Source of the DNA: an uncultured Methylomirabilota bacterium
Lineage (GTDB): Bacteria > Methylomirabilota > Methylomirabilia > Methylomirabilales > 2-02-FULL-66-22
Assembly (NCBI GenBank): GCA_963705305.1
Contig: OY970067.1
Location: 3,232,001 to 3,296,000 of the forward strand
Direction of reading: 5' to 3'
Length of the DNA: 64,000 bases
The translations under genes were made by a program, and so were the position numbers. This document shows, piece by piece, positions 57,379 to 64,000 of this stretch. The notes beneath the pieces were generated by a model. That model made no database searches, was not told the origin of the DNA, and was given only the letters and a program-made list of their open reading frames with translations. The first letter of the stretch is position 1, and each line of letters begins with the position of its first letter.

Positions 57379-58248
57379 TCATCGGGCCTCCCGGGCATCA
57401 TGTTGAGGAGAGATGGGGACCTCCTTGCCGGCTCCGGAGGCGGAGGGAGGAGGACTCTCCCGGGGGCGGGGCCTCGATCGGGTCTTCGGCTGCCGCTGCT
57501 CCAGGCTGCGGCGGAAGCGGTAGGACTCCGTCCCCGTGTCGATGATGTGCGCTCGGTCAGTGAGCCGGTCGAGCAGGGCCTTGCAGAGCCGGGCGTTGGG
57601 GAACACCGTGGTCCACTCCGAGAAGGGCAGGTTGGTCGTGGCGATCAGCGCGGCCTTCTCCGCCCGCTCGGCGATGAGCTGGAACAGGAGTTCGGCCCCG
57701 AGGTCCGCCACGGCCACGTAGGCCAACTCGTCGATGACGATCAGCTCGACGCGGGCCCAGCGGTTGATGACGCGGCTGAGCTGGTGCTGGTGCTGCGCTT
57801 CGACCAGGTCGTTGACGAGCGCCGCCGCGGTCGTGAAGCGCACCCGGCGCCGCTGCCGGCAGGCCGCCACCGCGAGGCCGATGGCGAGATGCGTCTTGCC
57901 GGTGCCGGGCTCGCCCAGGAAGAGGACCGGCTCCGCCTGCGCGAGGTACGCGCCCTCGGCCAAGGTCCGGACCGTGGCGGCCGGGATGGTGGGCGCCTCT
58001 GCGAAGGAGAACTCCTCCAAGGTCTTCAGGACGGGGAAGTGCGCCTCCTGGATCCGGCGGTCGATGAGCCGGCGCGTCCGCTCCTCGACCTCGGCCCCGA
58101 GCAGGGCCTCGAGGTAGGTCAGGTGATCCTGCTGGGCCAGGGCGGCCTCGGTGGCGAGGCCGGCGCACTGGGCCCCCACCGCGGGCAGGTGGAGCTGCTT
58201 GCAGTGCTGGCGGATGACGGCGAGCCGGAGCTCCGTGGGGGCGCTCAT
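57379..58248 (-). CDS. istB: IstB (inner)
   Basis: [26 protein letters not shown] and LLDRLT. Confidence 0.92.
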   Translation of the reverse strand: MSAPTELRLAVIRQHCKQLHLPAVGAQCAGLATEAALAQQDHLTYLEALLGAEVEERTRRLIDRRIQEAHFPVLKTLEEFSFAEAPTIPAATVRTLAEGAYLAQAEPVLFLGEPGTGKTHLAIGLAVAACRQRRRVRFTTAAALVNDLVEAQHQHQLSRVINRWARVELIVIDELAYVAVADLGAELLFQLIAERAEKAALIATTNLPFSEWTTVFPNARLCKALLDRLTDRAHIIDTGTESYRFRRSLEQRQPKTRSRPRPRESPPPSASGAGKEVPISPQHDAREAR

Positions 58249-59786
58249 GGCCGGCCCTCCCGGGCGCCCAGCAGTTGATCGTACCGCGCGACGCTCGGCT
58301 GCGGCCGGTCATAAGCGGCGAGGGGGCCGCCGACCTCCAGCGCCATCGGCGATTGGCGCTCCAGCGTCGCCGCGGTGAGCAGGTACCGCACCGCCGCGGG
58401 ATCGGCGGCCCCGCAGGCCAGGGCCTGCGCCACGCAGGGGGCCAGGCGCGCGTAGCCGTGCACCCGCCCGAGCTGGAGGAGGCCGATCATCGCCCGGGTG
58501 CCGGCCTGGTGCCCCTGGCGCGCCTGCAAGCGGGCCCAGAGTTCGTCGTAGCAGGCGGGCCACCGGCCCTGCGCCCGCCACTGGGCGAGCGGGGTCGCCC
58601 CGGCCAAGGCGCCCGGCTTGTGCACGAGCACGTCCAGGTAGTGCTCGAGGTCGAGGACCTGTTGCTGGCGGCCGTAGCAGCGCGCGTGGGTGGCGACGCG
58701 CTGCCCGGCGTGCCAGATCTCCACCCGGGTCGGGTAGACGCGGGCGTCGACTTGGGTGCCGGGCCGCAGGGGGACCGAGTAGCCGTTCGTCCGCACCCGG
58801 ACGCAGCCGAGGCCGTCCACCGTGGGGAAGCTCACCTCGGCGAGATCAAAATCCTCGGCGGCCAGGGGCAGGAGGTGCGGCTGCTCGCGCTGCACGAGGA
58901 CCCCGACCGGGTCGGCCCGGCCGGCGAGCACCCGCTGCTGGTCGGCCTGGCAGCCCTCCAGGAGCTGCGCGTTCAACGCGGCGAGGCCGGCGGCCACCGG
59001 GATCGGCACCCCGTGGTTGCGGCGGAAGTAGCCGGCTTCGCCTTCGATCCCGCCCTTCTCGTGGCCCGCCCCGGGGGTGCAGAACTCGGCGGCGAAGCGC
59101 CAGTGGGAGCGGAAGGCGATAAACCGGGTGGTCTGCTCGCGCTCCCGGCCGCGCAGGATCCGCTTGATCGCGAGCGGCAAGTTGTCGTACCGCAGGCGAT
59201 GGAAGACCCCGCCAAAGTAGTGGAAGGCCAGTTCATGCGCCTCCAGGAACGCCTGCTGGGTGGCGTGGGTGTAGGCGCGGTGGAAGGCAGCGCCGCTCGC
59301 CATGCTGCGGAGGCCGAAGACCTGCAGGGGCTGCCGCACGCCGCCGAGCTCGGCCACCGCCTCGTACCAGTCGACCTGGCTCTCGCTGCCCCAGGCATAG
59401 CTCTGGGGGATGCAGGTCACCTTGCCGCTGAGCCCGAGCGCGCGCTTCTGCTCCCGCACGTACTCCCGCACGGTCGACTCCGCCACGGGGAAGCCCGGCA
59501 GTTCCTGGCGCAGCCGGTGGAAGATCCGCCGGGCCGTATGCCGCTGCTTGCGGGGCGCGGTGCGGTCGGCGGCCAGGATCGCATCAATGACCGGGATCAC
59601 CGGGGCCAGCCTCGGCCGGGCGCGCTGCGCGCGCTTGCGCTCCGGCGGCAGCGCCTGGGCGGCGGCTTCCCGGACTAACCGGCGATGGACGCCGAACTTG
59701 CGGGCAACACCCCGGATGGTCCCGATCCCGAACTCGTACTCTCGGCGCAGCTGCTCGAACAGTTCCACTTTGCCTCTCCTCTCCAC
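58245..59786 (-). CDS. istA: IstA transposase (inner)
   Basis: [26 protein letters not shown] and NGYSVP. Confidence 0.92.
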   Translation of the reverse strand: MERRGKVELFEQLRREYEFGIGTIRGVARKFGVHRRLVREAAAQALPPERKRAQRARPRLAPVIPVIDAILAADRTAPRKQRHTARRIFHRLRQELPGFPVAESTVREYVREQKRALGLSGKVTCIPQSYAWGSESQVDWYEAVAELGGVRQPLQVFGLRSMASGAAFHRAYTHATQQAFLEAHELAFHYFGGVFHRLRYDNLPLAIKRILRGREREQTTRFIAFRSHWRFAAEFCTPGAGHEKGGIEGEAGYFRRNHGVPIPVAAGLAALNAQLLEGCQADQQRVLAGRADPVGVLVQREQPHLLPLAAEDFDLAEVSFPTVDGLGCVRVRTNGYSVPLRPGTQVDARVYPTRVEIWHAGQRVATHARCYGRQQQVLDLEHYLDVLVHKPGALAGATPLAQWRAQGRWPACYDELWARLQARQGHQAGTRAMIGLLQLGRVHGYARLAPCVAQALACGAADPAAVRYLLTAATLERQSPMALEVGGPLAAYDRPQPSVARYDQLLGAREGRP

Positions 59787-59894
59787 CGTCCCTCCGTTCT
59801 AGGGCTATGCCCCCGCCCAGAGTAGACGGCGATGGTCGAGAGGTGGGGCCAAATCAGAGCATCACAAAGGGGCCAATTGAGAGTATCAAACTCA

Positions 59895-60893
59895 GGGCTC
59901 ACCAGGAAGTCCTCGGCCACCACCCGGGGGTAGCTGGCTTCCAGCCGGAAGGCGGGTTGATGGGTCGTCGCGAGGAGATGGGGCTGCTCCGTAGCGAAGC
60001 GGTCGATGGGGCGTTCGTGGGTGGTCCCGTGGATCCGCTGATCAGCCACCGTGGTCGTCCAGGTCAGGAGGGCCTCGTCGAGGTGCCGGTCATCCACGAA
60101 CGCCCGGCCGGGGAGGAAGTTCCGCTTCAGGTACTTCACCCCGGACTCGACCTTCCCCTTGGTTTGGGCCCGGTAGGGCTGGCAGAGGCGCGGATCGAAG
60201 CCCCAGTACTTGGCGAAGCTCAGGAACGTGGGGTTCCAGGTGACCCCGCCCTCCCCTGGCCGACAGACGGTCCGCGGCCGGTCGTACAGGTGCTCCCGCG
60301 TGTGGCCGCCGAAGTGGTCGAAGGCCCGCTCGTGCGCGTCGAGGAAGGTCGGGAGCTGTTCATCCCGGCAGGCCAGGTAGAAGCTCCGGCGGGAGTAGCC
60401 GAGCGTCAGCACGAAGAAGTGGCGGACCGCCTGCCCCGCGCGGAACGGGACGAGGGCCTGACCCCAGTCGATCTGGCTCTGGAGCCCGGGTGGGGTCTCA
60501 AACCGGACGCTCGTGCGGGCCGCGCGCTCCTGCGCGTCCCGGAGGGGTCGGACGAACCGCTTCACCGTCTGGTAACTTCCCATGTACCCGTGCCGCTGCG
60601 TCAGTTCCTGGTAGAGGATCTGGGCCGAGTAGCCCACGGCCGGCACCCGCGCTTCCAGGTAGGTGCGGTGCGCGGTCAACAGCGTGTCGGGCTGCGGCGG
60701 CCGCTGGTAGGGCGTCCACACCGCGTGCGCTAGGCACGTCCGGACCGTCTTCCGGTCCAGGTCGAGCGTCCGGGCGATTGCCGCGTTCGACCAGCGCTCC
60801 ACGGTGAACAACCGGTGGATCTCCTCCCACAGGGCTTGTCGCAGCATCGGGGCCTCCCGGTCAGCGGTTGCAACCGGGAGGGTACTACAGGTG
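59895..60893 (-). pseudogene. istA: Outer istA, main piece (native start at 62080 separated by IS630)
   Basis: RFETPPGLQSQIDW, LGYSRR and QTKGKVESGVKYLKRNF. Removing IS630 joins MSEHPS to TCSTLP..PMLRQ in frame. Confidence 0.85.
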
Positions 60894-60894
60894 C

Positions 60895-62066
60895 TAGTCT
60901 AGTGTGTCATAAATACGGTGACTTATAGTACGTACTCTGGTATGCTCCTCGGTGAGGAGGAGCAAGCCATGCGTGTGGCGGTGCCGATTGTGCTGAGCCC
61001 GCAGGAACGCACCATCTTGGAACGCTGGGCACGGGGGCGGCGCACCCCCGCGCGCCTCGTGCGCCGGGCGCAGATCGTCCTGCGCGCGGCGGCGGGGCAG
61101 CGGAACGACGAGGTCGCCCGGGCCCTGGACACGGATCGCGAGTGTGTGGGTCGGTGGCGGACTCGCTTCGCCCAGCAGCGGCTGGCCGGGATCGAGCGGG
61201 ATGCCCCGCGCCCCGGCCGGACGCCCGCCATCGCCCCGGCGGTCCTGCAGCGCATCGTCACCCTGACGACAACCAGCGCGCCGCCCGCCGCCACCCACTG
61301 GAGCACGCGGACCCTGGCGGCCGCGGTCGGCGTGAGCCCGAAGACCGTGCACCGGGTCTGGCAGGCCCACGGCCTGAAGCCGCATCGGGTCCGCCCGTTC
61401 AAGGTGAGCCGCGACCGGCGGTTCCTCGAGAAGCTGACCGATGTGGTGGGGCTGTACCTGAATCCCCCTGAGCACGCGTTGGTGCTGTGCGCCGACGAGA
61501 AGAGCCAGATCCAAGCGCTCGACCGCACCCAACCCGGCCTCCCGCTGAAGAAGGGCCGGTGCGGCACCCTGACCCACGACTACAAGCGGAACGGCACGAC
61601 CACGCTCTTCGCCGCCCTGGGGCTCGTGACGGGCCAGCTCATCGGCACGTGCCTGCCCAAGCATCGGCACCAGGAGTGGCTCCGGTTCCTCCGGCTGATC
61701 GACGCGCAGACCCCGCCCGACCTGGACCTCCACCTGATCGTGGACAACTACGCCACCCATAAACACCCTGCGGTCCAGCGCTGGCTCGCCCGCCACCCAC
61801 GCTTCCACATGCACTTCATTCCGACCAGCAGCTCGTGGTTGAATCTCATCGAGCGGTGGTTCCGGGAGCTCACGACCAAGCGGCTCCGCCGGGGCGTCTT
61901 CAAGAGCGTCGCCGACCTCATCGCCGCCATTGAGGCCTTCATCGCACACCACAACCGCCACCCCCGGTCGTTCACCTGGACGGCCAAGGTGGAGGACATC
62001 CTGGCGAAAGTCGAGCGGGCTCGAGCAGTGCTGCATAAGATGGCATCTGTGTGACACGGTAGACTA
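60895..62066 (+). mobile_element. IS630-family insertion sequence
   Basis: Starts CTAGTCTAGTGTGTCA and ends TGACACGGTAGACTAG, with a TA duplication in a CTAG target. Confidence 0.9.
60969..62054 (+). CDS. IS630 transposase
   Basis: [46 protein letters not shown] and [10 protein letters not shown]. Confidence 0.93.
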   Translation: MRVAVPIVLSPQERTILERWARGRRTPARLVRRAQIVLRAAAGQRNDEVARALDTDRECVGRWRTRFAQQRLAGIERDAPRPGRTPAIAPAVLQRIVTLTTTSAPPAATHWSTRTLAAAVGVSPKTVHRVWQAHGLKPHRVRPFKVSRDRRFLEKLTDVVGLYLNPPEHALVLCADEKSQIQALDRTQPGLPLKKGRCGTLTHDYKRNGTTTLFAALGLVTGQLIGTCLPKHRHQEWLRFLRLIDAQTPPDLDLHLIVDNYATHKHPAVQRWLARHPRFHMHFIPTSSSWLNLIERWFRELTTKRLRRGVFKSVADLIAAIEAFIAHHNRHPRSFTWTAKVEDILAKVERARAVLHKMASV

Positions 62067-62329
62067 GGGTGTTCGCTCATCGTCGCTCCTCCTCAGGAGG
62101 GCGACGGGTGGGGAAATTTGGGTGACCCCAGGTGGGGAATATTGCATGACCGCTGACAAGGAGGTTCAGCCCGTCCTCCACAGTGAGCCAGGCGAGGTCC
62201 CCTGACACGGCGGCGCGCTGGGACTTGCGGCGGGTGATCGGACGACGGAACTGGCCGACGACCTTTTCGGGTTGTGCCGAAGGCCATGAAACCTGCCGGT
62301 GGTGAGGCCCCCGTAACAAAGCCTTCAAC

Positions 62330-62358
62330 TTGACACCATTCTCTCTAACTGGTAATAG
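62330..62358 (+). promoter_or_regulatory. Putative sigma70 promoter of abiE
   Basis: TTGACA-17 bp-TAATAG, upstream of the RBS GGAGG. Confidence 0.5.
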
Positions 62359-62385
62359 TGTAGCAGTTGTGGAGGATATTGAAAA

Positions 62386-63186
62386 GTGTCTGTCCTCGAC
62401 TTTTTCGCGATGTATCCAGTCTTCACCAGGGAGGAGTTCGTTCGCTTCCTGGCTGGCCGTGGGGCATCGTCCATCGAGACCGCCAACGCCCACCTGCGGC
62501 GGTATCAAGCAGCGGGACGGATCGCCCGGGTCAAGCGCGGGGTGTACATCGCGGCGCGGCCGGGGGAAGGCGCCACGAAGTCGCCGGTCGACTTCCTGCT
62601 CGTGGCCAGCCGGCTGACCCCCGATGCGGTCCTGGCCTACCACACGGCGCTGGAGGCCCATGGCTACGCGCAGAGCGTCTTCGAGCGGCTGTTCTTCCTG
62701 ACCACCACCAAGGCCAAGCCAGTCCGATTCCGGGAGCGCCAGTTCGTGCCGGTCCTGCCCTTGGCGGGACTCCGGCGGGAGCAGCAGGCCTTTGTGTTCT
62801 GTGGGGAGGTCGAGCGTAGCGGCCTGCCCTGCCGAGTCACCACCGTGGAGCGCACCCTGGTGGATTTGCTCGATCGGCCTGACCTGGCAGGGGGGCTGGA
62901 GGAGGTCTGGCGGTCCCTGGCCGGCATCCCCATGCTGGATCTGAGCACGGTGGTGGAGTACGTCCGGCTCTGCGGCCAGGCCACGCTGGCGGCCAAGGTG
63001 GGATTCTACGTCGCCCAGCATCGCGAAGCGCTGAGCGTGCCGGACTCGGTATTGAAGCGCCTTCAGGAGTTGCGTCCCCGCCAGCCCCGCTATCTCGACC
63101 GGCGGCTCGGCGGGAAGATGGCCGTCGACTGGAACCTCATCGTTCCGATGCCCATCGTGAATCGGGACTGGGAGGCGGTCCGGTGA
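62386..63186 (+). CDS. abiEi: AbiEi-family antitoxin (type IV TA)
   Basis: VFTREEF wHTH, RVKRGVY, LAYHTALEAHG, VTTVERTLVDLLDRPDLAGG and WNLIVP. Confidence 0.85.
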   Translation: MSVLDFFAMYPVFTREEFVRFLAGRGASSIETANAHLRRYQAAGRIARVKRGVYIAARPGEGATKSPVDFLLVASRLTPDAVLAYHTALEAHGYAQSVFERLFFLTTTKAKPVRFRERQFVPVLPLAGLRREQQAFVFCGEVERSGLPCRVTTVERTLVDLLDRPDLAGGLEEVWRSLAGIPMLDLSTVVEYVRLCGQATLAAKVGFYVAQHREALSVPDSVLKRLQELRPRQPRYLDRRLGGKMAVDWNLIVPMPIVNRDWEAVR

Positions 63187-64000
63187 TCGGCCCGGCCGCA
63201 GTCCACCGGGTGGCCGGGGCGACGGGGTTCCGGGAGGAGGTCGTCGAGAAGGTCCTCTACCTCACGGCGATCCTCGCACGATTCCGGACGCATCCCGCCC
63301 TGCAGAACGCCTGGGCCCTCAAGGGCGGGACCGCGATCAATCTCTTCCATCTGGAGGTCCCCCGGCTGTCCGTGGACATCGACCTCAACTTCATCGGAGG
63401 AGTCGACCTCCAGGCCATGCGGGCTGCCCGCCCGGGGTTCGAGCGGGCCATCGAGGCGTGCTGCGAGCGGGAGGGATGCCAGGTCCGCCGGGTCCCGGGG
63501 GAACACGCGGGGGGCAAGTACCGGCTGCGCTATCTCGGCGGGGTCGGGGGATCCGGATCGCTCGAAGTGGATGTGAACTTCGTCCAGCGCGCCCCCCTGT
63601 TCGGCGTGGAGGAGCGTCGCCCGGGGTTCCCACCCGGCACCGACGCCTCCGCGATTCCGGTCCTGACGCTGGAAGAGCTCGCGGCTGGGAAGTGCGCCGC
63701 CCTCCTGACGCGGGCCGCCCCCCGCGATGCCTTTGACGTGTGGCAGCTCCTGGAGTTGACGCCCGATCTCCTTGCCCGGCCAGCTCTCCGTCTGGCGTTT
63801 GTCGTCCAGGCGGGCAGTGCGCGGGAGGACCTCCGGAGCGAGGCACGCGACCATGCCCCGGTGACCGCAAAGACCGTGCAGGAAGAACTGCTCCCCCTGC
63901 TCCGGGTCGAGCTGCGGCCGTTCGGGGGCGATCCCGAGCGACTCGCGCAGAGGCTGACCGAGGTTCGGCAGACGGCGGCATCCACCCTCCTCACGTGGCG
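63183..64000 (+). CDS. abiEii: AbiEii/AbiGii nucleotidyltransferase toxin (runs off the window)
   Basis: Manual translation from GTG 63183: EVVEKVLYL..WALKGGTAINLF..PRLSVDIDLNF..ELAAGKCAALLTRAAPRDAFD. Confidence 0.88.
   Translation, partial: MIGPAAVHRVAGATGFREEVVEKVLYLTAILARFRTHPALQNAWALKGGTAINLFHLEVPRLSVDIDLNFIGGVDLQAMRAARPGFERAIEACCEREGCQVRRVPGEHAGGKYRLRYLGGVGGSGSLEVDVNFVQRAPLFGVEERRPGFPPGTDASAIPVLTLEELAAGKCAALLTRAAPRDAFDVWQLLELTPDLLARPALRLAFVVQAGSAREDLRSEARDHAPVTAKTVQEELLPLLRVELRPFGGDPERLAQRLTEVRQTAASTLLTW

Larger units (their letters stand above)
57207..59894 (-). mobile_element. IS21-family element (inner, apparently intact)
   Basis: Long inverted repeats sharing TTGGCCCCTTTGTGATGCTCTGATTTGG. 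Flanks are AGGCT / GGGCT, within the outer istA. Confidence 0.9.
56052..62158 (-). mobile_element. IS21-family element (outer), interrupted by a second IS21 and an IS630
   Basis: Starts TGTCAAGGGCC and ends GACCGCTGACA, with internal TTCCCCA repeats. Flanks are GGGAGG / AGGAGG. Confidence 0.88.

Noticed and set aside
1..64000. CRISPR array or cas genes
   Set aside because: No regularly spaced repeat-spacer series and no cas motifs were seen. The direct repeats found have only two copies.

Overview
High-GC bacterial window that is almost all accessory DNA. The left end (1-2695) is host-like: a ferredoxin-type sulfite/nitrite reductase, a YezD/DUF2292 gene and the 3' half of a SAM-I riboswitch whose 5' half is replaced by an IS1-family element. 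That element (2696-5616) has 18-bp terminal inverted repeats, a divergent promoter pair with operators, and toxin-antitoxin-like cargo. Next come a multi-ORF IS481-like element, AT-richer hypothetical genes, and an IS3 that truncates a PLP decarboxylase. From about 13.2 kb to 56 kb is a co-oriented (minus strand), partly decayed plasmid/ICE/phage-like region. It carries a pseudo-tRNA-Asn, class II ribonucleotide reductase, an Mrr-N-fused DNA methyltransferase, a DUF4326-NADAR-SLOG triple fusion, a MoxR/vWA pair and several TA modules. It also has three IS200/IS605 omega-RNA loci (one with near-complete IscB inserted in tmk), an SMC-like ATPase, a DUF6094 methyltransferase with an SF2 helicase, RecD2, SSB, a minimal UvrD, DnaN and RecU. 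The right end is a nested IS21(IS21, IS630) stack followed by an AbiE type IV TA pair. I saw no CRISPR array, integrase, capsid or conjugation genes. Family assignments come from recognising motifs by eye, not from database searches.
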